Assembly: GCA_031960885.1 (NCBI GenBank) | Contig: JAVRLY010000011.1 | Location: 1-28,398, forward strand | Origin: Desulfurella sp. | GTDB taxonomy: Bacteria > Campylobacterota_A > Desulfurellia > Desulfurellales > Desulfurellaceae | Direction: 5' to 3' | Length of the DNA: 28,398 bases | In this document: in pieces, positions 1-10,714 of the stretch | How the letters are laid out: the number at the start of each line of letters is the position of its first letter | Position numbering within the stretch: the stretch's first letter is position 1 | Program-made: the position numbers and the translations under genes | Notes under the pieces: model-generated | The model's database searches: none | Told to the model about the DNA's origin: nothing | Seen by the model: the letters and a program-made list of their open reading frames with translations, nothing else

Positions 1-1
1 A

Positions 2-130
2 TCAAAAGTAATTATTTATAAGCATTTAAAAAAACTAAAAGAACTCAACTATATTCAACAAGCCGATACAAAAAAGCATACCTATAAACTAAATAACTCT
101 ATGTTTAGCAGAAGATACTTCTTTGGTTAA
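2..130 (+). CDS. 3' end of a winged helix-turn-helix domain protein (partial, runs off the window start)
   Basis: My own translation of frame +2 (not in the ORF track) is open from base 2 to TAA at 128-130: SKVIIYKHLKKLKELNYIQQADTKKHTYKLNNSMFSRRYFFG. The pattern S..IYKHL..L.E..YI......Y.L fits a wHTH recognition helix plus wing. Confidence 0.6.
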   Translation, partial: SKVIIYKHLKKLKELNYIQQADTKKHTYKLNNSMFSRRYFFG

Positions 131-142
131 ATGAAATTATTA

Positions 143-170
143 TTGAAAAAATTTAAAATTGTGCTATAAA
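143..170 (+). promoter_or_regulatory. Putative sigma70 promoter for trpB2
   Basis: TTGAAA (143-148), 16-nt spacer, TATAAA (165-170) with an extended -10 TG at 162-163. A purine-rich SD (AGGGGGA) precedes the GTG at 196. Confidence 0.5.
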
Positions 171-195
171 TAACAAAAATAAAAAGGGGGATAGT

Positions 196-1548
196 GTGGA
201 AACAAAAAAAATCTTATTACAAGAAAGTGACATACCAACGTATTGGTACAATGTATTGCCAGATTTACCAAAACAAATAGATGCGCCTTTGCATCCTGTA
301 ACAAATAAACCTCTAACACCACAAGATTTAGAGCGATTATTTGCAAAAGAACTTATTGAACAAGAATTAAGCAACAAAAGCGAGATTCAAATTCCCCAAG
401 AAGTTAGAGAAATTTATGCTATATACAGACCAACACCATTGGTTAGAGCATTTAATTTGGAAAAAGCATTGTCTACGCCAGCAAGAATCTATTACAAAAA
501 TGAATCGGTTTCTCCAGCTGGTTCACACAAGCCAAATACAGCCATAGCGCAAGCCTATTACAATAAAAAAGAAAATGTTTTGTCTTTAACTACAGAAACA
601 GGCGCAGGCCAGTGGGGGAGCGCTTTGGCTTTTGCTGGCAGCATGTTTGGTCTTAATGTAAAGGTTTATATGGTTAAGGTTAGCTATGAGCAAAAGCCTT
701 ATAGAAAGTCAATGATTAATGTATGGGGTGCGCAAATTTTTCCCTCGCCTTCCAATACTACAAAAATAGGCAGAGAAATTTTAGAAAAAGATCCAAATAA
801 TAATGGTTCTTTAGGTATTGCCATTAGCGAGGCTATTGAGGCAGCTATTGAGACTCCAAATACGCATTATGCTCTTGGTAGTGTCCTAAACCATGTGTTG
901 CTTCACCAAACTGTTATAGGTTTAGAAGCAAAGAAACAGTTTGAGTTAATTAATCAGTACCCAGATGTGATTTTGGCACCTTGTGGCGGTGGAAGCAATT
1001 TAGGCGGTATTGCTATGCCTTTTATACGTGATAAAATTAATGGTAAAAATGTTAGGGTTGTAGCGGTTGAGCCAGAAAGTTGTCCAACGCTAACAAAAGG
1101 TGTTTATGCCTATGATTTTGCTGATTCTGCAAAAATGACGCCTTTATTATTCATGTATACGCTTGGTCATAATTTTATGCCGCCAAGTATTCATGCTGGC
1201 GGGCTTCGTTATCATGGAGATTCGCCAATTATCAGCAGGCTTTACAAAGATGGTTTGATTGAAGCAACTACGCTCAAACAAAATGAAGTATTTGAGGCAG
1301 CGGTATTGTTTGCCAAAACAGAAGGCATTATACCAGCTCCAGAAACCGCTCATGCAATAAAAGCAGCTATAAATGAAGCCCTTATTGCGAAAGAAGAGCA
1401 AAAGCAAAAGAATATTTTAATTTGTTTTAGCGGCCATGGACATTTTGATATGGCAGCCTATGATAACTATTTATCCGGCAATTTACAAGATGTTGAATTT
1501 TCAGATGAGCTAATCAAAAAAGCTTTGGAAGATTTACCAAAAATATAA
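196..1548 (+). CDS. trpB2: Stand-alone tryptophan synthase beta chain type 2 (TrpB-like PLP enzyme)
   Basis: 450 aa with the long N-terminal extension (WYNVLPDLP...PLHP) typical of TrpB2, the PLP lysine in [38 protein letters not shown] and SGHGHFD. No trpA is adjacent. Confidence 0.93.
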   Translation: METKKILLQESDIPTYWYNVLPDLPKQIDAPLHPVTNKPLTPQDLERLFAKELIEQELSNKSEIQIPQEVREIYAIYRPTPLVRAFNLEKALSTPARIYYKNESVSPAGSHKPNTAIAQAYYNKKENVLSLTTETGAGQWGSALAFAGSMFGLNVKVYMVKVSYEQKPYRKSMINVWGAQIFPSPSNTTKIGREILEKDPNNNGSLGIAISEAIEAAIETPNTHYALGSVLNHVLLHQTVIGLEAKKQFELINQYPDVILAPCGGGSNLGGIAMPFIRDKINGKNVRVVAVEPESCPTLTKGVYAYDFADSAKMTPLLFMYTLGHNFMPPSIHAGGLRYHGDSPIISRLYKDGLIEATTLKQNEVFEAAVLFAKTEGIIPAPETAHAIKAAINEALIAKEEQKQKNILICFSGHGHFDMAAYDNYLSGNLQDVEFSDELIKKALEDLPKI

Positions 1549-1554
1549 ACTAAA

Positions 1555-1583
1555 TTGACATTTTTTAAATAAAATGCTATGAA
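1555..1583 (+). promoter_or_regulatory. sigma70 promoter for tRNA-Val and the thrS operon
   Basis: Perfect TTGACA (1555-1560), 17-nt spacer, TATGAA (1578-1583) with an extended -10 TG at 1575-1576. It lies 11 nt upstream of the tRNA. Confidence 0.75.
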
Positions 1584-1594
1584 TACTTTCAATT

Positions 1595-1669
1595 GGGCGC
1601 ATAGCTCAGGGGAAGAGTACTTGCCTGACGCGCAAGTGGCCGGTGGTTCGAAACCACCTGCGCCCACCA
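1595..1669 (+). tRNA. tRNA-Val (anticodon GAC), CCA encoded
   Basis: Cloverleaf read by eye: acceptor GGGCGCA/TGCGCCC then A-CCA; D arm GCTC-AGGGGAA-GAGT; anticodon arm CTTGC-CT GAC GC-GCAAG (anticodon 1627-1629); T arm GGTGG-TTCGAAA-CCACC. Length 75 nt. Confidence 0.97.
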
Positions 1670-1681
1670 TTTGAGGTTGAT

Positions 1682-3544
1682 ATGCAAATAGGAAGTAATG
1701 TAAATTTATTTAATTATACTAAGGAGCAAAAGATTAAAAATGCCATTGCGGCTAAAATAGATGGAAAAATTGTAGATTTAAATTATACGCTACAAAAAGA
1801 TAGCGATGTTGAGTTTATTGATATTAACTCAAAAGAAGGTTTAGAAATATTGCGTCATTCAGCAGCGCACATCATGGCCCAAGCCATTGAACAGTTGTTT
1901 GAAGGTACAAAGTTCGCAATAGGTCCTGCGATTGAAAATGGTTTTTACTACGATGTGGATGTGGGCAGAGCAATAACGCCAGATGACTTAAAACTCATAG
2001 AAGCGCAGATGAAAAAAATTGTTGCCTCCAATTATCCATTTAAGCGTATTGAGTTATCAAAACAAGAGGCATTGCAACTTTTCAAGAACAAACACGATGA
2101 ATACAAAGTAGAGATTATTGAAAGTATAAACGATGAAAACGTAAGTTTGTACCAACAAGGTAACTTTATTGATTTTTGCAGAGGACCACATATTCCATCA
2201 ACTGGCTATTTGAAATACTTTAAGTTATTGAGCGTTGCTAGTGCTTATTTTAGGGGTGATGAAACACGACCAAGTATGCAGCGTATCTATGGCACAGCAT
2301 TTGCTACAAAAGAAGATTTGGATGACTATTTAAACTTTTTAGAAGAAGTTAAAAAAAGAGACCATAGGAAATTAGGCAAAGAACTTGATTTATTTAGCAT
2401 AAATGATGAAGTAGGCGCGGGTTTTGTGATTTGGCACCCAAAAGGTGCAATGCTTAGAGAGATTATTGAAGCATTTGAAAAAAAAGAACATATAAAGCGT
2501 GGGTATGAATTTGTAAGAGGTCCAGAATTGCTTAAAACACAGTTGTGGAAAATCAGTGGGCACTATGATAATTACAGAGAAAACATGTATTTTACAGAAA
2601 TTGAAAATGTTTCTTTTGGAATAAAGCCGATGAACTGTTTAGGCCATATACAAGTTTACAAATCAAGGTTAAGATCGTATAAAGAACTGCCTAAAAGGTT
2701 TTTTGAACTTGGCGTAGTCCATAGGCATGAAAAAAGTGGCGTTTTGCATGGATTGCTGAGGGTTAGAGAATTTACGCAAGATGATGCGCATATTTTTTGT
2801 ACAAAAGAACAACTCAATGATGAAATTATAGGTGTATTAGACTTTGTTCAGTACGCTATGGGTATATTTGGTTTTGAATACGAAATGGAGATATCTACAA
2901 GGCCAGAAAAGTCCATTGGAACTGATGAAGATTGGGAAAATGCAACAAATGCGCTTATAAATGCATTAGAAAACACAAAAAGGCCATACCAGATAAATGA
3001 AGGTGATGGTGCGTTTTATGGCCCAAAAATAGATGTTAAGCTCAAGGATGCAATTGGAAGAAAATGGCAGTGTGCTACAATTCAGTGTGATTTCACGCTC
3101 CCAGAAAGGTTTAATCTTGATTATATTGATAAGGATGGTTTGCCAAAAAGGCCTGTAATGGTCCACAGGGTGATACTTGGTTCAATCGAGCGTTTTATTG
3201 CTGTTTTAATAGAAAATTATTCGGGTGATTTTCCTCTGTGGCTATCCCCTATCCAAGCAAGGGTAATACCTGTATCTGAAAAATTTGAAGATTACGCTAA
3301 TTTAGTGTATGAGAACTTGAGAAAATCCGATATAAGGGTTGATATAGAAAAAAGAAATGAAACGATTGGTAAAAAAATTCGTTTTGCAGAATTAGAAAAA
3401 ATACCTTATGTGCTTATCGTTGGTCAAAAAGAGTACGATAGTCAAGGTGTTGCTGTTAGAAAAAGAAAGATAGGAGATTTAGGTTTGTGTAGTATAAATG
3501 AATTCATAGAAAAAGCTAAGATTGAATCAGGAGGTGTTTTATAG
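1682..3544 (+). CDS. thrS: Threonine--tRNA ligase
   Basis: TGS-like N-terminus, editing motifs RHSAAH and DFCRGPH, then [42 protein letters not shown] and [11 protein letters not shown]. Start moved from the track's GTG 1643 (inside the tRNA) to ATG 1682, which follows the SD GAGGT at 1673-1677. 620 aa. Confidence 0.97.
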   Translation: MQIGSNVNLFNYTKEQKIKNAIAAKIDGKIVDLNYTLQKDSDVEFIDINSKEGLEILRHSAAHIMAQAIEQLFEGTKFAIGPAIENGFYYDVDVGRAITPDDLKLIEAQMKKIVASNYPFKRIELSKQEALQLFKNKHDEYKVEIIESINDENVSLYQQGNFIDFCRGPHIPSTGYLKYFKLLSVASAYFRGDETRPSMQRIYGTAFATKEDLDDYLNFLEEVKKRDHRKLGKELDLFSINDEVGAGFVIWHPKGAMLREIIEAFEKKEHIKRGYEFVRGPELLKTQLWKISGHYDNYRENMYFTEIENVSFGIKPMNCLGHIQVYKSRLRSYKELPKRFFELGVVHRHEKSGVLHGLLRVREFTQDDAHIFCTKEQLNDEIIGVLDFVQYAMGIFGFEYEMEISTRPEKSIGTDEDWENATNALINALENTKRPYQINEGDGAFYGPKIDVKLKDAIGRKWQCATIQCDFTLPERFNLDYIDKDGLPKRPVMVHRVILGSIERFIAVLIENYSGDFPLWLSPIQARVIPVSEKFEDYANLVYENLRKSDIRVDIEKRNETIGKKIRFAELEKIPYVLIVGQKEYDSQGVAVRKRKIGDLGLCSINEFIEKAKIESGGVL

Positions 3545-4059
3545 TTTCTAGAAACGATGTGCCGCCAATTAACGAGCACATTAAAGCTGATAAGGTTAGG
3601 CTAATTGATCAAGATGGCAAACAAGTAGGTATAGTAAGTATTAAAGAAGCAATAGATAAAGCTCGAATGGCAGAGTTAGATTTAGTTGTAATATCTCCAA
3701 GTGCTGATCCTATTGTTTGCAAGATAATGGATTATGGAAAATTTAAATACGATAAACAAAAAAAAGAAGAAAAAAGTAAAAAAAAGCAAAAAATCATGAG
3801 AGTTAAAGAGCTTAAAATGAGACTTAACATTGCAGAAAACGACTATAAAGTAAAGCTCAATAACGCTATAGAATTTTTAAAAAATGGTGATAAAGTAAAA
3901 TTTAGTATATTTTTTAAAGGCAGAGAAATTGAGAAAAAAAACCTGTTTTTTGTATTATCTGATAGGCTAAAAAATGATTTACAAGAATTTGCAGTATTAG
4001 AGGGCAAAGAGCTATTTGAAGGCAGGAGATTAACTGTATCTTTTATACCAAAAAAATAA
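3541..4059 (+). CDS. infC: Translation initiation factor IF-3, probable non-canonical ATA start
   Basis: INEHI...VRLID..G...G, DLVVISP...[23 protein letters not shown] and FKGRE. The strong SD AGGAGGTG (3529-3536) precedes an in-frame ATA at 3541. The track's GTG at 3559 has no SD. Confidence 0.95.
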   Translation: MVSRNDVPPINEHIKADKVRLIDQDGKQVGIVSIKEAIDKARMAELDLVVISPSADPIVCKIMDYGKFKYDKQKKEEKSKKKQKIMRVKELKMRLNIAENDYKVKLNNAIEFLKNGDKVKFSIFFKGREIEKKNLFFVLSDRLKNDLQEFAVLEGKELFEGRRLTVSFIPKK

Positions 4060-4074
4060 TTGGAGGATATTTTA

Positions 4075-4272
4075 ATGAGACTTAAAACTAAAAAATCTGC
4101 AGCAAAAAGAATTAAATTAACGGCAAATGGTTTGTTAAAAACGAGAAAATCAAATAAAAGTCATCTACTTGCCCACAAATCTACAAAAAGAAAGAGACAT
4201 TTAGGAAAATCTCGCATTATAAAAGGTGCTATAGCTAAAAATCTTAAAATGATGCTTGGAGGTTTAAATTGA
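4075..4272 (+). CDS. rpmI: 50S ribosomal protein L35
   Basis: [19 protein letters not shown]...[15 protein letters not shown], in the standard position after infC. SD GGAGG at 4062-4066 supports ATG 4075 over the track's TTG 4060. Confidence 0.96.
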   Translation: MRLKTKKSAAKRIKLTANGLLKTRKSNKSHLLAHKSTKRKRHLGKSRIIKGAIAKNLKMMLGGLN

Positions 4273-4613
4273 GAGTAAAGACAGGTATTGTAAGAAGAAG
4301 AAGGCACAAAAAGATATTAAAATTAGCTAAAGGTTTTTACCAAAGAAGACACTCCACTTTTAAAAATGCAGAGGAATCTGTTAGAAGATCGCTTGCAAAC
4401 GCTTATGTAGGACGAAAAGAGCGCAAAAGACAATTTAGGAGATTATGGATTGCTCGAATTAACGCAGCTGTAAGGGAAAATGGTTTAACATATAGTCAGT
4501 TTATGAATCTTTTAAAGCAAAACAATATACTGTTAAATAGAAAAATGCTTAGTGAACTGGCGATTAATAGTCCCGAAAATCTCAAAACCCTTATAGATAA
4601 AGTAAGAGCCTAA
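4269..4613 (+). CDS. rplT: 50S ribosomal protein L20
   Basis: RVKTG...[31 protein letters not shown] and [10 protein letters not shown]. The TTG start overlaps the rpmI stop (TTGA), with SD GGAGGT upstream. Confidence 0.97.
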   Translation: MRVKTGIVRRRRHKKILKLAKGFYQRRHSTFKNAEESVRRSLANAYVGRKERKRQFRRLWIARINAAVRENGLTYSQFMNLLKQNNILLNRKMLSELAINSPENLKTLIDKVRA

Positions 4614-4636
4614 ATTGTGTTTTTCTGGAGGCAAGA

Positions 4637-5659
4637 TTGCATGAAATATTAGAAAAATTGGATGAAAAATTAAAAAAGACTATTACTCAAGAAGATCTCA
4701 AACAGCTAAAAAGTTTTTTTTTAGGGAAAAATGGCATTGTTACAAATTTATTTAGAGAATTAAGCAAATTACCCCAAGAAGAAAGAATTGAAAAAGGTAA
4801 AATTTTTAATGAACTAAAGCATCTTGTAACGGAAAAGATAGAAAACAAATTGGAAGACATTAAAAATGCCAAAAAAAATCAAGAGCTTGAGCAAGAGTTG
4901 GATTTGTTTTTGGATGGCAAAAGTTTAAATGTTGGCAGCATACATCCAGTTAATCTTGTAATAAAGGAGATTTCAGATATTTTTTTATCAATGGGTTTTG
5001 GTGTAGAGGATGGACCAGAAGTTGAGTTGGATTTATACAACTTTGAGTTGCTTAATGTTCCAAAGAATCATCCAGCTCGTGATATGCAAGATACATTTTA
5101 TATTGACGAAAATAGATTACTACGTACACAAACTTCTGGTGTGCAGGTTAGAACTATGTTGAAAAAACAACCTCCATTAATGTTTATTGCTCCAGGAAAA
5201 GTTTATAGGCGCGATTCTGATTTGACGCACTCGCCAATGTTCCACCAAATTGAAGGCTTGGCGGTGGACAAAGATATAAAATTTTCTGACTTAAAAGGCG
5301 TGCTTGAAACATTTCTAAATAAATTTTTTGGCAAAACAAAGGTAAGGTTTAGGCCAAGCTATTTTCCTTTTACAGAACCATCTGCCGAAGTTGATATTGG
5401 CTGTGTCATATGTGGTGGTAAGGGCTGTAGGGTATGCTCTTATACAGGTTATTTAGAGGTATTAGGTTGTGGGATGGTACATAGGAACGTATTAAAAAAT
5501 GTTGGCTATGAAAACTTTAGAGGATTTGCTTTTGGTCTTGGCGTAGAAAGATTTGCAATGTTAAAATATGGTATTGATAATATAAGATTGATGTTTGAAA
5601 ATGATTTGAGGTTTTTAGAACAATTTAGTAATTCATTTTATTCAAAAGGTTTAGTATGA
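4637..5659 (+). CDS. pheS: Phenylalanine--tRNA ligase alpha subunit
   Basis: HPARDMQDTFY, LLRTQTS, PGKVYRRD, THSPMFHQIEG, RFRPSYFPFTEPS, a CxxC..CxxC insert and GFAFGLGVERFAM. TTG start after GGAGG. Confidence 0.97.
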   Translation: MHEILEKLDEKLKKTITQEDLKQLKSFFLGKNGIVTNLFRELSKLPQEERIEKGKIFNELKHLVTEKIENKLEDIKNAKKNQELEQELDLFLDGKSLNVGSIHPVNLVIKEISDIFLSMGFGVEDGPEVELDLYNFELLNVPKNHPARDMQDTFYIDENRLLRTQTSGVQVRTMLKKQPPLMFIAPGKVYRRDSDLTHSPMFHQIEGLAVDKDIKFSDLKGVLETFLNKFFGKTKVRFRPSYFPFTEPSAEVDIGCVICGGKGCRVCSYTGYLEVLGCGMVHRNVLKNVGYENFRGFAFGLGVERFAMLKYGIDNIRLMFENDLRFLEQFSNSFYSKGLV

Positions 5660-7944
5660 AAGTATCATATAATTGGCTAAAAGAATTTGTTGATATAGAT
5701 GTCAATGCTTATGATTTAGCAGACAAACTTACTTTATCTGGTTTAGAAGTCGAATCTGTCTTTGATATACAAAAAGCCTGTTTTGACAGCATTGTCGGGG
5801 AAATTTTATCTAAAGAGCCTATTTGCAGTAATCTGCATCTATTAATTGTTGATACTGGAAAAAAACAATCCAGCATAGTAACAAGCGATAATAGTTTAAA
5901 AATAGGTGATAAAGTAGGTATTGTATTGGCTGGGAGCTATTTTAATAATAATCTAGTTAAAGAAAAGAAATTTTGTAATGTTGTTTCTGAAGGTTTTTTA
6001 TTATCTGCAAGTGAGATTGGTATAGAAGAATCGTCGAATAGTGTATTGTTGCTCGATGATGAATTTGTTGTGGGAAGCTACTTACGCGACATAGATGCGT
6101 TTAGAGATTATATTTTTGATATCAGCATAACGCCAAATAGAGCTGATTGTTTAAGCATTTTAGGCATAGCAAGAGAAGTGTCTATTTATTATAATAAACC
6201 CATAAAACTCAAAGAATGTAAGGTAATTAAAGAAGATAATAATTTTAGCGTAACTTTAGATAATGATTGTCCAAGCTATATTGCAAGCATTATGAATGTC
6301 AAATTAGGTCAATCTTGCTTTGAGATGAGATTAAAGCTGATAAAATCAGGAGTGAGGCCCATTAACAACATCGTTGATATAACAAATTATTGCATGATAG
6401 CCTTAGGCCAACCCATGCATGCATTTGACAAAGATAAAATCGGAACAGAAATTGTTGTTAGAAATTCTTATCAAAAAGAGCGTATTGTAGCTTTAAATGA
6501 TTTAGAGTATGAATTGGATAAGGATCTTGTTATATCAGATGGTGTAAAAGCTATTGCTATAGCTGGTATAATGGGTGGCAAACATTCCCAAATAGATGAA
6601 AACACAAAACATATTTTATTGGAAAGTGCCTATTTTGCACCAGAGCGCATTAGAAAAACATCAAGAAGACTAAAACTTAGCACTGAAAGTTCTTATAGAT
6701 TTGAACGCGGAATCGATCCAAATTTAAATGAGTACGCTACATACTATGCCATAGAATTATTACAGCAGTATGCAAACGCTAATCTTGTTGGTATAACAAA
6801 AAATATAAACAAAAAAAAACCCAAGAGAATTGAATTTGATATAGATGAAATAAACAATTTTTTAGGTTCCAATTATAATAAGAGCAAATTTTACGAATTA
6901 GGTTTTGATGTAGAGGAAACGCCTGTCGGTTTGATTGCAACTATACCAACGCACCGTATCGATATTGAAAGCATGGAAGATTTAGCTGAAGAAATTGCTA
7001 GAATTGAAGGTTATGACAAACTGCCCTCTACAATCCCACGCATTAAATTGAACGTAAATACAAACATAAACACAAAAGACCATATTAGGGAAGTGTTAAA
7101 GCTGAGTGGTTTGAGCGAAGTTATAAATTATTCTTTTGTAGATGGCGAGCTTTTATCAAAATTAAATAAGAACAAGAGTCTTTTATATTTAAAAAATCCT
7201 CTAACCAAAGAGCAAAATTGCATGAGAAACACGTTATTTTTAGGTCTCATAGATAATCTAGTTTTTAATCTAAACCATAATATAAAGTCTATTGCTATGT
7301 TTGAAATGGGTAGGATTTTTGACTTAAATCAAGAATATGATGCACTTGGCATTATAATGCATGGTTTTAAACCTCTCAATTGGTATACACAAAAAAACAC
7401 TTTTGACTTTTACGATATAAAGGGTGCATTTGAAAGTATTTTTGGATTATTTGACTGCAATATAGAGTTTAGAATGGAAGAATCATATTTGTTGCATCCA
7501 AAAAAATCTTTAACAATTTACAATGATGGGCGCTATGTAGGTTTTATTGGTGAAATACACCCAGATATTTATGATCTGTTTGACATTAAATTTTTGAAAT
7601 CCAATATTTTTTATGGCGAAATTTTAATTGACAGTTTTAATAAATTCAAGAGTTTCTATTTTAAACCATTGCCAAAGTTTCCAATTGTAGTAAGAGACTT
7701 GAATATTGTTGTGGAAAAAAGCGAAAATGTAACCCACATCAAAAATACAATAAGCAGTTTTGATTTTGTTTACAATGTAAATTTGATTGATAGGTATGAT
7801 CTTGGCAGTAAAAAAAGCCTAAATTTTAGAATAGAGTTGTACTCTTTAGATAAGACACTTACAGATGCTGACATAGAACAGCTAATAAATGAAATTTTTT
7901 CTAAATTGAGCACAAGGTTTAGAGCTACTATTAGAGGGGGTTAA
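5656..7944 (+). CDS. pheT: Phenylalanine--tRNA ligase beta subunit
   Basis: [71 protein letters not shown] and the C-terminal anticodon-binding domain (FP.V.RD). ATGA overlap with pheS. Confidence 0.96.
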   Translation: MKVSYNWLKEFVDIDVNAYDLADKLTLSGLEVESVFDIQKACFDSIVGEILSKEPICSNLHLLIVDTGKKQSSIVTSDNSLKIGDKVGIVLAGSYFNNNLVKEKKFCNVVSEGFLLSASEIGIEESSNSVLLLDDEFVVGSYLRDIDAFRDYIFDISITPNRADCLSILGIAREVSIYYNKPIKLKECKVIKEDNNFSVTLDNDCPSYIASIMNVKLGQSCFEMRLKLIKSGVRPINNIVDITNYCMIALGQPMHAFDKDKIGTEIVVRNSYQKERIVALNDLEYELDKDLVISDGVKAIAIAGIMGGKHSQIDENTKHILLESAYFAPERIRKTSRRLKLSTESSYRFERGIDPNLNEYATYYAIELLQQYANANLVGITKNINKKKPKRIEFDIDEINNFLGSNYNKSKFYELGFDVEETPVGLIATIPTHRIDIESMEDLAEEIARIEGYDKLPSTIPRIKLNVNTNINTKDHIREVLKLSGLSEVINYSFVDGELLSKLNKNKSLLYLKNPLTKEQNCMRNTLFLGLIDNLVFNLNHNIKSIAMFEMGRIFDLNQEYDALGIIMHGFKPLNWYTQKNTFDFYDIKGAFESIFGLFDCNIEFRMEESYLLHPKKSLTIYNDGRYVGFIGEIHPDIYDLFDIKFLKSNIFYGEILIDSFNKFKSFYFKPLPKFPIVVRDLNIVVEKSENVTHIKNTISSFDFVYNVNLIDRYDLGSKKSLNFRIELYSLDKTLTDADIEQLINEIFSKLSTRFRATIRGG

Positions 7945-7945
7945 A

Positions 7946-10714
7946 ATGGATTATAAAAATACTCTCAATTTGCCAGAAACGCAGTTTTCAATGAAAGCAA
8001 ATTTGCCTGTTAAAGAGTTAGAAATTTTGAAATTTTGGGAAGACAAAAGAATATATGAGAAAATTATAGAATCTAGGAAAGGCAGCCCAATGTTTGTATT
8101 GCACGATGGACCGCCATATGCAAATGGCCATATTCACATGGGTACTGCGCTAAACAAAATCTTGAAAGATATTGTTGTAAAAAGTAGAACAATGATGGGT
8201 TTTTTATCGCCTTATGTGCCTGGTTGGGATTGCCACGGCTTGCCTATTGAACACAATGTAGAAAAAGAAATGGGTGCGACCGACAAAGCTACAACGAGAA
8301 AAGCTTGCAGAGATTATGCGATGAAATACATTGATATACAAAGGAATGAGTTTAAGCGATTGGGTGTTTTGGGGCAGTGGGATAATCCTTATCTTACAAT
8401 GAGTTATGATTATGAAGCAACGATATACAAAGAATTTTTGGAGTTTTTAGACAAGGGCTATGTGTATGAAAGCAAAAAACCCGTTCATTGGTGTATGTCA
8501 TGCAAAACTTCACTTGCTTTAGCAGAAATTGAGTATGAAGAAGATAAATCTAGTGCTATATATGTAAAGTTTGACTTTATAACTGATTTGGGCTCAGAAG
8601 ACAAACGATTTTTGGGTAAAGCCGTCAGTGCTGTAATTTGGACAACAACGCCTTGGACATTGCCGGCAAACCTTGCAGTTGCTGTTGGGCCTGATATTGA
8701 CTATGTTTTTGTTCAGATAAAAGAAAGGGAAGTTTTGCTTGTTGCAAAAGAGCTTTGCGACAAATTAATGGAAAAATTTGGTATTAAAGAAGCTCAAATA
8801 ATAAAAGAAGTCAAAGGGAACGATTTAGAAGGCTATGAACTTGCGCACCCTTTTTACGATAGAGTATCAAAAATGATTTTGTCTGATTATGTTAACTTAG
8901 AGATGGGGACTGGGTTGGTTCATACAGCCCCGGGCCATGGTGAAGAAGACTATGAAGTTGGCCTTAAGTACAATCTCAGTGTGTATTCGCCAGTAGATGA
9001 AGATGGCAAATTTACAAATGATGTTCAATTTTTTGCAGGCGAACATGTATTTAAAGCAAACCCCAAAATTATAGAACTACTAAAGCAAAAAGACATGCTG
9101 TTAAAAGAAGAAGAAATTGTTCACTCATATCCACATTGTTGGAGATGTAAAAAGCCTGTAATATTTAGAGCCACAAGACAGTGGTTTATATCAATGGAAA
9201 AGAATAATTTAAGGCTTAAAGCCTTAGATGAGATAAAGAAAGTTAATTGGATACCTAAATGGGGTAAGAATAGGATTTATGCAATGGTGGAAAACAGACC
9301 CGATTGGTGCATTTCAAGGCAGCGCGCATGGGGTGTACCAATAGCTTTGTTTAGGTGCAAAAAATGTGGTCGCATCGTAAAAGACAAACAAATACTTGAT
9401 TTTGTAGCAAAAAGTATAGAACAATACGGTGCTGATGTATGGTTTGAGAAAGATAATTCGTTTTTTTTGCCTAAAAATTATGCGTGTGAGTGTGGCAGTA
9501 CTGAATTTGAAAAAGTTGAAGATATATTGGATGTGTGGTTTGATTCGGGTGTTTCGCACAAAGCAGTGCTGTACAACAAAATTAAGTGGCCAGCAGATAT
9601 GTATTTAGAAGGCTCAGATCAACATCGTGGCTGGTTTCATTCATCGCTTTTAGAGTCAATTGGAACAATGGGTAGTGCTCCGTATAAAAGCGTTTTAACG
9701 CATGGTTTTGTTGTAGATTCAAAAGGTAGAAAAATGAGTAAATCAATAGGTAATGTAATAGCACCTCAAAGTGTAATCGAAAAATACGGAGCTGACATTT
9801 TAAGACTGTGGGCATGCGCTACGGATTACCGCGAAGACATTAAACTTTCAAATGAAATCATGATGCGCTTGATTGAAGGCTATAGAAAGATTCGCAATAC
9901 TATAAGATTTTTGTTAGGCAATCTCAACGATTTTGAAAAACAAAATAGTTTAAAGTATGAAGAGTTAGAAGAAATAGATAAATGGATACTTGCGGAATTA
10001 GAAATTCTAAAAGAAAAACTTTTTAGATCTTATGAAAATTATGAATTTCATTTGATATATCAAAATATTACCAATTTTTGCATAAATACGCTAAGTTCGT
10101 TTTATTTGGATGTATTAAAAGATACACTATATTGTGATGGTGTAAACTCTAAAAAACGACTCTCAGCTCAAACGGCCATGAAAGAAATACTGGATGTGCT
10201 AATAAAGTTTATGGCTCCAATTTTATCTTTTACAACCGAAGAAGCTTATCAATTAAGTAAACCAGAAAAAGAAAGTGTACAGATGGAATACTTTGTGCCA
10301 ACGATAGATAAATATAAAAATGAAAAATTTGTAGAAAAGTGGAATTTAATTAATAAAGTTAGATTTTCTGTTTTAAAAGCATTAGAACTCGCACGGGAAC
10401 AAAAACATATTGGCAACTCTTTGGAAGCTGATATTTATCTGATTTCTAGCAATGCTGATATAAATAGCATTATGTATAACAATAGTGTTAATTTAGCTGA
10501 TATCTTTATTGTATCGCATGTTTTTGATAAAAATATTGATAATGCGCTTGTGGATTACAATGATGAATCTTTAGGTTTGAATATAAAAGTAACAAAAGCT
10601 ATTGGCGAAAAGTGCGATAGGTGCTGGAAGTTTGATGAAAGCGTGTCTATAAGCCCAAATCATTTATGCAAGCGTTGCCAAGAGGTGATAAATGGACAAA
10701 ATTCCAAAGTTTAG
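7946..10714 (+). CDS. ileS: Isoleucine--tRNA ligase, type 1
   Basis: [24 protein letters not shown]-type motif [63 protein letters not shown] and the C-terminal Zn finger CDRCW...CKRC typical of IleRS1. Confidence 0.97.
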   Translation: MDYKNTLNLPETQFSMKANLPVKELEILKFWEDKRIYEKIIESRKGSPMFVLHDGPPYANGHIHMGTALNKILKDIVVKSRTMMGFLSPYVPGWDCHGLPIEHNVEKEMGATDKATTRKACRDYAMKYIDIQRNEFKRLGVLGQWDNPYLTMSYDYEATIYKEFLEFLDKGYVYESKKPVHWCMSCKTSLALAEIEYEEDKSSAIYVKFDFITDLGSEDKRFLGKAVSAVIWTTTPWTLPANLAVAVGPDIDYVFVQIKEREVLLVAKELCDKLMEKFGIKEAQIIKEVKGNDLEGYELAHPFYDRVSKMILSDYVNLEMGTGLVHTAPGHGEEDYEVGLKYNLSVYSPVDEDGKFTNDVQFFAGEHVFKANPKIIELLKQKDMLLKEEEIVHSYPHCWRCKKPVIFRATRQWFISMEKNNLRLKALDEIKKVNWIPKWGKNRIYAMVENRPDWCISRQRAWGVPIALFRCKKCGRIVKDKQILDFVAKSIEQYGADVWFEKDNSFFLPKNYACECGSTEFEKVEDILDVWFDSGVSHKAVLYNKIKWPADMYLEGSDQHRGWFHSSLLESIGTMGSAPYKSVLTHGFVVDSKGRKMSKSIGNVIAPQSVIEKYGADILRLWACATDYREDIKLSNEIMMRLIEGYRKIRNTIRFLLGNLNDFEKQNSLKYEELEEIDKWILAELEILKEKLFRSYENYEFHLIYQNITNFCINTLSSFYLDVLKDTLYCDGVNSKKRLSAQTAMKEILDVLIKFMAPILSFTTEEAYQLSKPEKESVQMEYFVPTIDKYKNEKFVEKWNLINKVRFSVLKALELAREQKHIGNSLEADIYLISSNADINSIMYNNSVNLADIFIVSHVFDKNIDNALVDYNDESLGLNIKVTKAIGEKCDRCWKFDESVSISPNHLCKRCQEVINGQNSKV

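Noticed and set aside
1467..1670. Minus-strand 67-aa ORF beginning [12 protein letters not shown]
   Set aside because: It is the antisense reading of the tRNA (the GFEP pattern comes from the T-loop), a well-known spurious ORF type.
1643..1681. N-terminal extension of ThrS from GTG 1643
   Set aside because: It lies inside the tRNA gene; the SD supports ATG 1682.
1670..1700. Integrative element at the tRNA 3' end
   Set aside because: thrS follows immediately, and I found no integrase or duplicated tRNA 3' end in the window.
3755..3795. Long A-runs in infC and elsewhere as frameshift or phase-variation sites
   Set aside because: They encode Lys-rich linkers in intact reading frames and are normal at this AT content.
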